The notes beneath the pieces were generated by a model. It did not search any database. It was given only the letters and a program-made list of their open reading frames with translations, and was not told the origin of the DNA. 64,000 bases of DNA. Source: a virus. Below, in pieces: positions 9,662 through 20,204 of the stretch; the stretch's first letter is position 1; each line of letters begins with the position of its first letter. A program made the position numbers and the translations under genes. The stretch is from positions 64,001 to 128,000 of IMG/VR virus record IMGVR_UViG_3300026488_000013; one strand, given 5' to 3'.

Positions 9662-10807
9662 ATGACATCAACGGGATATTTAAATATAAGATTTACATTA
9701 GAAGATTTTTCTAATCCATATTTAAATAAAATATCTCTAATCCCTATTTCATTTAATATCGTTAAAAACCCTTTTAAAAAACATTCCACAATTTATTTTT
9801 TATCATTTAGCATCCCTGAAATCATGAATAGAGTTGTTTCGTTAAATTCGATAATTAATTATGATATAAAAGTTGAGTTTTCTTATGTGAAGAACAATTT
9901 TGAAAAAAAACTTTTAATTTTAACTCTCAAACCTATATCCATTTCCAACATAGAAAGTTCCGATATTTATAACGGAATAAGCTTTGTTAAATGTATTGCT
10001 ATCTCCAAAGATGATTATTTATGGAACTCCGGCGGTAATATAATTGCGGGTGCGTATGATGTATCAAATTATGAGGATTTATTTAGCAAATTACTGAATA
10101 ATTTTAAAACATACTTATCAGTAGATATTATGGATTATACTATTAAGAATAAATATATTCCCTCTAAATATAAAGTTCAAAAGATTTTTATCCCGGATGA
10201 TTTGAATAATATAGATGCTATTAACTTTGTTGTAAACAAATATAAAACACACACATATCCTTCTACATACTTCTATGATAGTTTTAGTTTAATTGGCAAA
10301 AATTTTTATGAGCTAAATATTGAAACGAATTTATCTGCTATAAAAGGGTGTAGTTTTATTTACAAAAAATCCGCACCGAAAGTTTCTCTTAAAAATATCC
10401 CGATGAATATAGTAGAAAGAAAAAAATTTAATTTAATCATGAATAAAGAGTTAACAGATATTGTTAACGCAGGGAAAATCAAAATAGTGGATGAAATGGG
10501 CAATTATAAAATTCTTAATGTTAACCCGGACAATAAATCTGTTAAAAAAATAATTGCTCCCGACGACATTAAAAGTGCGGAATACAGGATAATGAAATTT
10601 ATAGAATTAATAAAAAATATGCAGGGATTAAATTTATATTACGTTAAAAATATTTCTCCAAGCTTAATGGATATTGGGCATGTTATAAGTTTTGATGGAA
10701 GAAAATATAATTCTGCCATATTATCTTCTACGTTGAAATTTTATAAAATTCAAGATAATAAATGGTTTTGTGATGGTTATTATTTGATTGCGGAATTCTT
10801 AAATTAA
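9662..10807 (+). CDS. Hypothetical protein, possibly baseplate hub-like
   Basis: 381-aa beta-rich ORF tightly coupled to rpoB; function uncertain. Confidence 0.4.
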   Translation: MTSTGYLNIRFTLEDFSNPYLNKISLIPISFNIVKNPFKKHSTIYFLSFSIPEIMNRVVSLNSIINYDIKVEFSYVKNNFEKKLLILTLKPISISNIESSDIYNGISFVKCIAISKDDYLWNSGGNIIAGAYDVSNYEDLFSKLLNNFKTYLSVDIMDYTIKNKYIPSKYKVQKIFIPDDLNNIDAINFVVNKYKTHTYPSTYFYDSFSLIGKNFYELNIETNLSAIKGCSFIYKKSAPKVSLKNIPMNIVERKKFNLIMNKELTDIVNAGKIKIVDEMGNYKILNVNPDNKSVKKIIAPDDIKSAEYRIMKFIELIKNMQGLNLYYVKNISPSLMDIGHVISFDGRKYNSAILSSTLKFYKIQDNKWFCDGYYLIAEFLN

Positions 10808-10824
10808 AAAAAAGAATGTGAGGT

Positions 10825-12003
10825 GTGAGGAAAATGAATGTAGAAAGGAAGACTTTTGAACAAATTATTGAAGAAGATTTTAAAGAACTTTATATTTATT
10901 ATGCAGACAAACTACCCAAATTATTTAAAGAAATTTCAGAATTGGGAATAGATTTAGAGGAAAGAAAATTATCATACAGAGATAATAGTTATGGAATAAC
11001 GGAAATAATATCATGTCCTATTAAAGCAAGGCTCCGCCGTGAGGGTAAAGAACCCAAAATTGAAAAATTTGAAATAGCAGACGGATTTATTTTTGAAACT
11101 ATTGTAAAATTTTTAATGGTAAAAATCTTTGGTAAAGAAAAGGTTGAGTTTGAGAAATTATTACAATACGATTTAACCTTAGATGATAGAACGCAATTTA
11201 AAATCGACGGTCATCTTGATGTATTTATAAATTATTCGGAGGATACCAAAATAGGCCTTGAAATTAAAAATACAGTATTGCAATTTGATAATATATTATA
11301 CAATTCTCCGCCTCCATTAATTATTTTAAATCCTGATGAAATAAAACGAATAAATATTTCTCCTAAGTATATATTACAAGCATCTATCCAGAAATTCATT
11401 CTTGAGAAAATGTATCCTGGGAAGAACATAAAACAATATTTATTGATTAAAACTAATTTGAAAACCAGATGGAAGCTCGGAAAGAGTATTATTCTTTATC
11501 CGGTAGTATACACAATATCTGAAGATAAATTAAAAGAAATCTGTTATAGATTTAAGAACTGCCAAAAACCTCGTGCAGTTTGGGAATGCAAAGTTTGTTC
11601 ATATAAAGATGAAAGATATTGTAGCGGATTTACCGATGAAAAAATAAACAATGATACATCTTTAGAAATAGAAGAAATAAAAAATATAAATGATGAATTA
11701 ATAATAGAATTGTTAGACAGAAAGGAAGAGTTAGAAAAAGAAATTAGAACAATTAACGAAGAATTAAAAAAAAGAATTAACGGACAGATTAATTACAAAG
11801 GAAAAACTTTAGGGTGGGTTGATGAAGAAAAAGAAAAAATAAATCCTGCGGCACTTAATAAATTATTAAAAGAGAAAGGAATTAAAAACAGAAGTCAATA
11901 TTTTATAGTCAATCCATATAAGAAACAAGAATTGAAAAAAATATTAAAAGAAGATTATGACAAGATAGTGATAAAAGAAAAAAGAAAGAAATTCAAAATT
12001 TAA
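10825..12003 (+). CDS. Cas4-like PD-(D/E)XK exonuclease with Fe-S cysteines and C-terminal coiled coil
   Basis: N-terminal CP (SCPIKARL), GHLD..LEIK, LQASIQ, and C-terminal PRAVWECKVCSY...YC: the 1+3 Cys pattern of Cas4/AddB-type nucleases. Confidence 0.8.
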   Translation: MRKMNVERKTFEQIIEEDFKELYIYYADKLPKLFKEISELGIDLEERKLSYRDNSYGITEIISCPIKARLRREGKEPKIEKFEIADGFIFETIVKFLMVKIFGKEKVEFEKLLQYDLTLDDRTQFKIDGHLDVFINYSEDTKIGLEIKNTVLQFDNILYNSPPPLIILNPDEIKRINISPKYILQASIQKFILEKMYPGKNIKQYLLIKTNLKTRWKLGKSIILYPVVYTISEDKLKEICYRFKNCQKPRAVWECKVCSYKDERYCSGFTDEKINNDTSLEIEEIKNINDELIIELLDRKEELEKEIRTINEELKKRINGQINYKGKTLGWVDEEKEKINPAALNKLLKEKGIKNRSQYFIVNPYKKQELKKILKEDYDKIVIKEKRKKFKI

Positions 12004-12007
12004 ATTA

Positions 12008-12535
12008 TTATACCATCTCAAACTTTATCTTTTTATTCCCAATAAACTTTTTAATTTTACTTACAATATCGTTTTCCTGTTTAATATTCCTCGAACCTAC
12101 TTTTATTAAATAATTATTGTAATTTTTCAACAATTCTTCCCTATAAATTCTGTCTATATCATTTAGACAATTTACCAATTTATTATTTACGATTATATAA
12201 CCAAACTCAACATATTCTATTGCATCGTGCGGTATTAATTCACTATTGGATATATCTATTAATGTGGCCATTCTAATATTTTTTTCTCTTATAAATTCTT
12301 CCAATTTTCTTCTTGTCTGATTAATACTATATTCTTTGGCTTGTTCGATAAGATATTTAACTAATCTATTATATTCGAACATTTGTTCCACTATTCTTAA
12401 CAAGTTGTTCTCAATATTATATATATCGTAGATAATATGTATAGCAGGTTTATATTTATTATCTTCAATTCTTCTTTCATAAATGATTTTTGAAATTTCT
12501 ACTCTTTTTACTAACAATTCTTCAAACTTTCTCAT
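12008..12535 (-). CDS. Hypothetical protein (175 aa)
   Basis: ORF with AGGT upstream; no motif. Confidence 0.55.
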   Translation of the reverse strand: MRKFEELLVKRVEISKIIYERRIEDNKYKPAIHIIYDIYNIENNLLRIVEQMFEYNRLVKYLIEQAKEYSINQTRRKLEEFIREKNIRMATLIDISNSELIPHDAIEYVEFGYIIVNNKLVNCLNDIDRIYREELLKNYNNYLIKVGSRNIKQENDIVSKIKKFIGNKKIKFEMV

Positions 12536-12588
12536 ACCAACCTATTAACCATAATAGAAAATCTATTATTAAAAATACTGATTAATAT

Positions 12589-12963
12589 TTATTTTAATTT
12601 TCGTTTAATTTTATAACTATTTAACTTATTAAATAAATCTAATTGTTGTTTCAAATTTATTATGCATTTTCTTAAAAAAAGATAATTTGATATAAGGTGA
12701 TTGATAGATTTTATATTTACACATACATAATTTTTGTTTTCCTTTGGAATATAATATCTCAACAATATTGGGTTCGCAGTGTTATTTAAACAAAAATTAA
12801 TCTCATCAATCAAATTCCCGCTCCGTTTTGTTATTTGAATTTTCGTATAATTTAATTCTAAATCTGAATAATTTTTCTTAACATTTAAATTTATCTCTCC
12901 GCATGAAAGTAATAAAACTGGTAATAAAATTATAAGACCATTAACAACAGTTTTATGTTTCAT
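12589..12963 (-). CDS. Lipoprotein, putative o-spanin
   Basis: Signal peptide with lipobox LLLS-C; overlaps the upstream membrane-anchored gene by 4 nt. Confidence 0.6.
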   Translation of the reverse strand: MKHKTVVNGLIILLPVLLLSCGEINLNVKKNYSDLELNYTKIQITKRSGNLIDEINFCLNNTANPILLRYYIPKENKNYVCVNIKSINHLISNYLFLRKCIINLKQQLDLFNKLNSYKIKRKLK

Positions 12964-13298
12964 TTTATATATATCGTGCCATTTTTTGTGTTGAAATAAT
13001 TTTTATTTCTAAATTCCTTTAAAATGTTTTGCAATTCTCGCATTTTATATCTTTGAAAAGTATCCAGCACAACATCAATTTTATACTGACATTCCTCTAA
13101 CCTCCTCTTCAAATCTGCATTCCCATTTTCATAATATTTAACAGCGGTTTTTAATTTTTCATTTTCTATTATTAATTCATGATATTTATTGTAAAATTTA
13201 ATAACTAAAAATAAAACAGAGGCGACGGTTACAAAGATTAGGGAGTAAATTATAAGCCGTCGCCGTATTGATAAGAAAACTAAAATTGATGTCCACAT
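12960..13298 (-). CDS. Putative i-spanin
   Basis: N-terminal TM (LIIYSLIFVTVASVLFLVI) followed by a coiled coil; directly upstream of the lipoprotein. Confidence 0.6.
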   Translation of the reverse strand: MWTSILVFLSIRRRLIIYSLIFVTVASVLFLVIKFYNKYHELIIENEKLKTAVKYYENGNADLKRRLEECQYKIDVVLDTFQRYKMRELQNILKEFRNKNYFNTKNGTIYIK

Positions 13299-13300
13299 TA

Positions 13301-13852
13301 TTAATTACCTTCAAAAATACTTGCGTGTTTCATAATCATAACACCAAAAGCAGACAATGCGGAAATTATTACAAAGATAATTATTGACTTTACTATTTCA
13401 CCATACACTGAGCGAGCATTTATTAAATTTTTAACATTGTGGTCAATTTCCTTTATAGTCAATTCAATTTCCTTGAATTCTTTTCTTATATATTTTACTT
13501 CGTCATTTAATTTTTTTATTTCTTTATCATGCAACTCCACTATAGTAATTTTTCTTTCAATATCGAGAATACTATCTTTTAATTTTGTTATTTCAGAAGA
13601 ATGGGCGGTCACGGTTTTAACAGTATTTTCAATTATTGACTGATGTTTAGTAATAAGATTTTCTAATTCAGACACTCTTTCGACAGATTTTTTTATATCT
13701 TTTTTTATCTCTTTTAATTCCTCAGTTAAATGTTTTATATCAGATTTTAATGATACTAATAATTCTATGCTGGATAGAGTATAGTCTTTGGAAGAATTTA
13801 TAATATTGCTGTATTCTTTTTCATCACTGTGTGTGATATATTTTGGAGACAT
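13301..13852 (-). CDS. Coiled-coil protein with C-terminal TM, holin/XhlA-like candidate
   Basis: Heptad-rich body, C-terminal hydrophobic helix IIIFVIISALSAFGVMIM; adjacent to the spanin candidates. Confidence 0.45.
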   Translation of the reverse strand: MSPKYITHSDEKEYSNIINSSKDYTLSSIELLVSLKSDIKHLTEELKEIKKDIKKSVERVSELENLITKHQSIIENTVKTVTAHSSEITKLKDSILDIERKITIVELHDKEIKKLNDEVKYIRKEFKEIELTIKEIDHNVKNLINARSVYGEIVKSIIIFVIISALSAFGVMIMKHASIFEGN

Positions 13853-13904
13853 AACTGTTAATAAGACTATAAAAAGTTAAAGAAGGAGAAAAATATTAAA
13901 CCAA

Positions 13905-14681
13905 TTATCCGCCGGAAGGTTTATTAAATGCATTTATATTATAAAATGCAGACTGGGCAATATCCGATATTTTGAGTTCTTTGGACGATTGAGCTCTTGC
14001 AGACACTAATGCAGCACCAATATTTTTGAGTTCGGGATAGTCAAAATCGGTAAACCAGTCGTCACATGTATAAGATATAGACAGTTGTAGCAAGGATTGA
14101 GAAGTTATATCGCTATCAAAGTTTCCTAATTGGTCGTCATCGGGCGGCAATACACCATGTAAAACATACACTCTCTCTACCATATCGGGCGTGATTTTAT
14201 AACTATCATCTACTACGAACGAACCCAATGGTTTTGTTTGGACAACTAGAAATGTTGCTTTAGTTTCTTTTGGAATATTAGTAGTTCCCGCCCCAGTTAT
14301 ATTATCTGCAATAATTTGTGCCCAGGCTTGATGAAATGCGAATACAGGAGAACCACTCAATTCATTATAAGTAATAGAAAAATCATTATTTTTCATTCTA
14401 CCTGTTATGTATTTAGAATTACCGCCTATATGTGGCATATCCGCTTTATTCAATGTAGAGTTTGGCGGTGTAAAGTTTACAGATGTCCCGGCCAAAAGAT
14501 GTTCTATTACATCGGGGTTGTATTTCAACTTATCTACTAAATACTGGGGCGGGTCAATAAATAGGTGCCAATAACCTTTAATAAAAGGTGTGTTATTTCT
14601 TAATCCAACATATTTTCTAGAAAAACTATCTGGTAAATCCATTTGAGATGTTAATTGAGTGAAATCCTCAAAAGAGGGCAT
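13905..14681 (-). CDS. Tail tube protein
   Basis: Directly downstream of the sheath; gp19-like pattern (VNFTPPNSTL, FSITYNE, W, LSISYTCD). Confidence 0.75.
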   Translation of the reverse strand: MPSFEDFTQLTSQMDLPDSFSRKYVGLRNNTPFIKGYWHLFIDPPQYLVDKLKYNPDVIEHLLAGTSVNFTPPNSTLNKADMPHIGGNSKYITGRMKNNDFSITYNELSGSPVFAFHQAWAQIIADNITGAGTTNIPKETKATFLVVQTKPLGSFVVDDSYKITPDMVERVYVLHGVLPPDDDQLGNFDSDITSQSLLQLSISYTCDDWFTDFDYPELKNIGAALVSARAQSSKELKISDIAQSAFYNINAFNKPSGG

Positions 14682-14767
14682 TTATATTAAACCTCCGTTG
14701 CCTTTTTACAAAGGGAAATAAAGAAAAAAATAAAATAAGAAATTTTTATTGATTATTCTACTATCTA

Positions 14768-16666
14768 TCAACTATTAGGCATAAGCATTAAAGTTACATT
14801 TACTTCCTCAATAATACCGACAAACCATAATTTAATAATCACGTTTAGAGCATTAGTTGATTTGTCAAATTCTACAATTACTTCATATTTTTCCAAAATT
14901 CCCATTGTGGGTTTATCTACAGTGAAATTAGATAAATAATCTTCCACTCTACGGCGAGCCATTTGAATTATAGCGGGTGTAGCTTTTCGTTGCAGTAAAT
15001 CATACAATCTGGGATAAAGGTCTTTTTTAATTTTGTTTAGGAATTTAACATAGTTGGCTCTTTGTAAATAACTAGAACGTTTATAAAATGTTTTTTGTTC
15101 AACAAAGAAATATGTCCCGTCGGCAGTTTTAACCAAAGGATTGATTTGATATTTGGATAGTTCTTTAGCTTCTTCAATATTAGGAATGTATGTAGGATTT
15201 TTAATAGATGTTCTAACTGCACCGCCATTTAGACCGGCAACAGGGACAGTCAAATCCATTACAGTGTCCACATATAAATGACTATCCATTAGCCAGAAAG
15301 ACAAAGGTAATTTAATTGTCCGGTTATTATAAGGGTCATAATAATCACAATATGCACCTTCTGTTCCAGTTACATTATATTGAGATTGGTTTAGTAAATC
15401 AGTCCTCCATTGAATATCTTGTGTATATGTATAAGATAGAGGTGCAGATACTATTGCAAAACAATCATCTCTTGCTTTAGCAAAATCACAAACTGCTTGT
15501 TGCACATCGGGGTCTCCGGTATAATCAACAACATATTCGACTTCATAAGGTTTAAATGGATATTCACTAATCAGTATTTGGGATGTCTCTTTGTTATATG
15601 TTCCATTATAAGCTTGAATAAGTAAAGATTTCATATTTGTTGGAGACATGTCGCCATCATATCCTCCAGATAAAGATATTACGCCATTGGTAGATTGAAG
15701 CATGTTATAAAATGCTTTACCGTATATAAACGGTTTTTCAGCCATTTTTTGTTTAAGAGTTTCGTCTATAGCAACATAAACATACATAGACGAACCATTT
15801 ATTACTTCTTCAATAAACATATTAGCTCCGCTGGTAGGATTTAATACAGGCTGCCCGTCTGGGGTAGTGTCAACAAGAGATACTACATAATTATTTTCAA
15901 GAATAGTAGGGGCGGCGGTAGGTTTCTTTTCATACACAGTTATGTTATAAAACATATAAGGCATATACGGAATAAATTCTTCCTCATCTACAAAATATTC
16001 TTCAATCGTTTCATTTCTTACAGCACTTAGTTTCACATAGTTATAATAATTTCCTTTACCTTTTGCGATTATTACTATTTGATTTGTTCCAGGGAGTATA
16101 GATTCGTAACTGGAAATAGCACTAGATATATTTCCTAAGCTAATATCGGGTATTTGCACCGCAACATAATTACTATCAACTGTTACAGGTTTATCGACAG
16201 TTATTTTGTTATTATCTGTATCTACATTAGTAACTATTCTATAAATATACTTACCACTGGCGGGTTCATACAAAACTATTTCTTTATTCTCTGCAAATAC
16301 AGATGCATCGCTCACAGGAATAACAACATCGTTTGTTACGGTATCGGTTACATCAGTTTCGGAATATTCATTAAAAGTTAACGTTGCATTAGCGTATTTT
16401 GCATCTGCAGGAGTTAGTCTAATTCCATATACATTTACATCATCATATTCAATTGCTTTCAAAACATAATACAACCCGTTTCCATATTTTACAGAGTTGG
16501 GTTTGCCGAATAAAGATATAACCTGTTCGGGAGAATATAGTTTAAAAATCTGCCCGTCAATACCTTTTTCGCTGAAAAATGGAATATAAACCCTGGTATT
16601 ACCTTCTACGGGCGGAGCGATGTAAGTTTGGTCTACTATTTTAAAATTAACGCTAGGAAAAGCCAT
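14768..16666 (-). CDS. Contractile tail sheath protein
   Basis: MAFPSVNFKIVDQT N-terminus, FSEKG, LFGKP, LSGGYDG, PVAGLNGG, QINPLV, EQKT..SYLQRAN. Confidence 0.93.
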   Translation of the reverse strand: MAFPSVNFKIVDQTYIAPPVEGNTRVYIPFFSEKGIDGQIFKLYSPEQVISLFGKPNSVKYGNGLYYVLKAIEYDDVNVYGIRLTPADAKYANATLTFNEYSETDVTDTVTNDVVIPVSDASVFAENKEIVLYEPASGKYIYRIVTNVDTDNNKITVDKPVTVDSNYVAVQIPDISLGNISSAISSYESILPGTNQIVIIAKGKGNYYNYVKLSAVRNETIEEYFVDEEEFIPYMPYMFYNITVYEKKPTAAPTILENNYVVSLVDTTPDGQPVLNPTSGANMFIEEVINGSSMYVYVAIDETLKQKMAEKPFIYGKAFYNMLQSTNGVISLSGGYDGDMSPTNMKSLLIQAYNGTYNKETSQILISEYPFKPYEVEYVVDYTGDPDVQQAVCDFAKARDDCFAIVSAPLSYTYTQDIQWRTDLLNQSQYNVTGTEGAYCDYYDPYNNRTIKLPLSFWLMDSHLYVDTVMDLTVPVAGLNGGAVRTSIKNPTYIPNIEEAKELSKYQINPLVKTADGTYFFVEQKTFYKRSSYLQRANYVKFLNKIKKDLYPRLYDLLQRKATPAIIQMARRRVEDYLSNFTVDKPTMGILEKYEVIVEFDKSTNALNVIIKLWFVGIIEEVNVTLMLMPNS

Positions 16667-16744
16667 TTAAAATATACCCCTCTAAGATTGTTTATTAATG
16701 GTTGTTAAAAAAACTATTTATTAATTAAATTGAATTATACTGAG

Positions 16745-17380
16745 TTAGAATAAAATATACCATTTAAATGTTATAGATTCATTTTCTTCCAAAATTTTAT
16801 CGGTTGTTGTATAGTGAGAGAATAATCTCCAATTATCTCCGTTGGTATAAAATAATCCTACTTCATTAATCTTAACAGGTGCCACTAAATCTGGCTCTTC
16901 GGAAACAACAATACTTAAAGTATTCTCAATAGTGGTATAATGGTTAGTATTTGAATCTAAAATTATTTGTTTTGAGTTGATAGGTTTCAGAATTCCGTCC
17001 CTTTTATAATCTGGATTGGACTCATTGAGTTTTAACGGAGAGTATAAATCATTATCTGGGTCATCAGGGCCTATTTTTGTTGTTCCATCATTAGAGTTGG
17101 TTCCTCCATTACCAACTCCAAAATGTGTTATGCTCCAATCCGTGTAATCCCCTAAATCAAATGTTTTACTCGCAGCAAATTCCCTGCCATCATAAACAAC
17201 CAGATTTTTTCCTCTTTCTATAAATTCGTTATTTTTATAAATTTCGACTAAACCTACAATTTTATCTTTTTCCTCTAAATTATCAAAAATAAATTCTATT
17301 TCCTCTTTTGTAAGGTGCGGCGATTTTTTAGAAAATTTAGAACTATTTAGGAATTCTAAGAAGTTTTTATATTTTTTCAT
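16745..17380 (-). CDS. Baseplate/tail-fibre attachment protein
   Basis: KNLVVYDGRE, ITHFGVGNGG, INEVGLF, ITFKWYILF: tail-collar/fibre N-terminal-like pattern. Confidence 0.6.
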   Translation of the reverse strand: MKKYKNFLEFLNSSKFSKKSPHLTKEEIEFIFDNLEEKDKIVGLVEIYKNNEFIERGKNLVVYDGREFAASKTFDLGDYTDWSITHFGVGNGGTNSNDGTTKIGPDDPDNDLYSPLKLNESNPDYKRDGILKPINSKQIILDSNTNHYTTIENTLSIVVSEEPDLVAPVKINEVGLFYTNGDNWRLFSHYTTTDKILEENESITFKWYILF

Positions 17381-17425
17381 CTTATACTCTCCGCTGTGTT
17401 GTGAAGAGTTAATAAAACATTGTTG

Positions 17426-19195
17426 TTAATCAGATATTATACTTTCCGTTACTATATCGTCTATTATCATTCTATCATTATTGGAATTATTTATTTTAAT
17501 ATTCATTTTTTCGGATTTATTAACATAAATACTCGATACGACTGATTTTATATTCGTTTTTATGAATTCGTTAATATTAATTTTAGAATTAACCTGAGAA
17601 TATATGTCTGTCAGATATTTAAGACTATTAATCATGCATCTAGACTTATTAATATTTTCAATTTCCAATAAATTTTTATTTCTTATTAAAGCACTATCTG
17701 GAATATTAGTATTTAAACTTATTTGTGAAACAACAGATTTCATTATTACCATTTCATCTAGCCCGGAAATTACATAAAATATATTAGTATAATCAATAAA
17801 GGGTATTATATAATATGGAACTTGTGTCAATATAACAGATATTCTATCGCCGATATAATTGGTAATTACACTAAATTTCTCGGAAATATTTAAAAACATA
17901 TTAATAAATGAATTTACATTATCATAATAAAGCTTTAAATTTTCATTGTTCGAATGTAATAAAAAATACCCGCTGTTTAACAGTGATATAAATATTGAGT
18001 AGAATATATCTGCCAGTAGCGACGCCTTGTCATCGTCTGAATATATACTTGATTGGAGAATATTTCTTATCTTTCCTATAAACTCTGGGTATTGTTGCAA
18101 TAAATAGTTTTCAACATATTCTAATGGAACATTTTCTTCATTTGTTTTTGTTATATTTTTATAAACATATTTGTTCAATAAATCTCTAAGCTCTCCATAC
18201 TTTTTGTCATAGAGTTCGGAATACTTATACTCTTTATGCCCATTTTGTAGCAGGTCAACTATATATTCAAAAGTTTCATAGTCTTGTTCTAAATATGTAT
18301 TTAATTCCAAGGCAGATATATACTTGGAATATGTAGAATTTTTATTGTCATAAATATAGTATACGGAACCAAAATATTTTAGCAATAAGTATTCTATTAT
18401 TAAGGGAATATCTTGGATAAAAATATAATACTTTGTATTGAAGTCGAATTTAGAGGCAATAGATGGGGTTAAGTTTATTTCGATTTTTAAATTTTTGAAT
18501 TTGGTTAGAAACAGAGCGGCACGCAGGAATTCGCTTAAACCCTCAATAATGGCTCTTTTTCCATGAATATATAAAATATTGGTTTTATAAGGAAACACAA
18601 ATTTATCCAAATTATTTAAAATATCTTCTTTAGTTAGCATTAGATTAGGAATTTTCTCTTTAACATAATCAAAATCTAAATATTTTAAATCGTCCACCGG
18701 ATTTGTTAAATAATTTATAAAAAAATAAACATCGTTTTTATTTTTATCATACACAATTTCAAGCTCGCCTATTGAAACCATATTTTCAAGTCTTAGAATG
18801 TTAGTAAGAACCATTATATCATTAACTGATGCCCGCCACCTTTTTATTAAACCAATATTATAAAAAAGCAACTTTATTTCTTCTATAGTCAATTTCTTAA
18901 CTTTTTCCTCAGGTATCCCAAATAAATCTATGATTTTAGTATATAAATCTAAATACTCTTCATCCTTAATATCCAGGTTTAAAAAACTTCTAACAAAGTA
19001 TGTTAATGGGATAGGGATTTCATTATATGTTTTTTCTAAATGCTGGTTAAAAATAATATCGAATAAAATTTCTTTTAAATTTTTATTTTTTATAGTGTTT
19101 TCTTCGTCCAAATAAGATGTTCTAAATTGGTCAGTTATATTAGAATAATAGGTGTGTAATTTTTCTAAAAAAAGTTTTAATTTATTTCTATCCAT
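17426..19195 (-). CDS. Hypothetical protein, probable baseplate wedge component
   Basis: 589-aa ORF within the baseplate cluster. Confidence 0.45.
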   Translation of the reverse strand: MDRNKLKLFLEKLHTYYSNITDQFRTSYLDEENTIKNKNLKEILFDIIFNQHLEKTYNEIPIPLTYFVRSFLNLDIKDEEYLDLYTKIIDLFGIPEEKVKKLTIEEIKLLFYNIGLIKRWRASVNDIMVLTNILRLENMVSIGELEIVYDKNKNDVYFFINYLTNPVDDLKYLDFDYVKEKIPNLMLTKEDILNNLDKFVFPYKTNILYIHGKRAIIEGLSEFLRAALFLTKFKNLKIEINLTPSIASKFDFNTKYYIFIQDIPLIIEYLLLKYFGSVYYIYDNKNSTYSKYISALELNTYLEQDYETFEYIVDLLQNGHKEYKYSELYDKKYGELRDLLNKYVYKNITKTNEENVPLEYVENYLLQQYPEFIGKIRNILQSSIYSDDDKASLLADIFYSIFISLLNSGYFLLHSNNENLKLYYDNVNSFINMFLNISEKFSVITNYIGDRISVILTQVPYYIIPFIDYTNIFYVISGLDEMVIMKSVVSQISLNTNIPDSALIRNKNLLEIENINKSRCMINSLKYLTDIYSQVNSKININEFIKTNIKSVVSSIYVNKSEKMNIKINNSNNDRMIIDDIVTESIISD

Positions 19196-19232
19196 TCATT
19201 TTGTTTTGAAACATATAATGTCCTTTTAATAC

Positions 19233-20204
19233 TCACAATGTATAATATATCTTGGATAAATTCTTATGCAATTCTAAGGCTCTGGCATGTTGTTCAGAGT
19301 AATCTTTTAATTCATTTAATTTATTTAACCAATAATCATATGAGTGTTTATTAGTGTGATACTTATCGCAACCTTCATCTGGAGTAAATTTACCCGGAAA
19401 CATTAACGGTGCCGCAGGTATGGCAAAATCTAGTCTCATTCCTTTTTTATTAATCGCACCACCTATATAATCCAAGAAATATAAATTCAAATATTTTTCA
19501 TATTCTTTAGTCGAATTCTCCGATTTTATACAGTAATACGCCTCTTCATTGTAATCAAAATACTGTTTAAAATAAGGAATGTAATTATCATAAATTAATT
19601 GAACAACATTAACCTTCTCCAGATACTTATCTTTTTCAACAAATTTTCCCAAGCTATAATCAAAATAATAAATTTGGTTCAAATTATTCACCAATAAATC
19701 ATTAATAAGATTATCCTTAGTAATTGTTGATTTTACCAACTCAATATTAAACATTGGTATAACTGTATTAGATAACAACGGTGTGCTTATAGTTGTTATC
19801 TCATATACAATATTTGAAAATGTTTCTTCATCATAAAACATTATAAAACTACCTACCGTTAAATCATCAAATCCTATAATAGAAACTGATAAATTTGTTT
19901 GTGGATTAAGCCCGCCTTCATCCAAAATAAGATTAAAATTCATATTCGATGTATAAAATATCGGAACATATTCATAAACATTGTATTTATACCCTGTTAG
20001 TGTAGAACGGTTTTTATCGTATGTTAAGTCAGTATCTTTATCATATACCGATGTATCTAATGCAGGTGTTATTATCCTGGCCGGTGTTGCATAATGATAT
20101 AAACCTTTATATTCTTTAACAAAATTCAAAAATTCCCTTGTTAAAGAGTATGTATATGCTGGTTCTTTTGTTAGTAAATCTATTGGATTAAAGTTTAAGT
20201 TCAT
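19233..20204 (-). CDS. Hypothetical virion protein
   Basis: 323-aa ORF overlapping the gp25-like gene; context only. Confidence 0.45.
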   Translation of the reverse strand: MNLNFNPIDLLTKEPAYTYSLTREFLNFVKEYKGLYHYATPARIITPALDTSVYDKDTDLTYDKNRSTLTGYKYNVYEYVPIFYTSNMNFNLILDEGGLNPQTNLSVSIIGFDDLTVGSFIMFYDEETFSNIVYEITTISTPLLSNTVIPMFNIELVKSTITKDNLINDLLVNNLNQIYYFDYSLGKFVEKDKYLEKVNVVQLIYDNYIPYFKQYFDYNEEAYYCIKSENSTKEYEKYLNLYFLDYIGGAINKKGMRLDFAIPAAPLMFPGKFTPDEGCDKYHTNKHSYDYWLNKLNELKDYSEQHARALELHKNLSKIYYTL

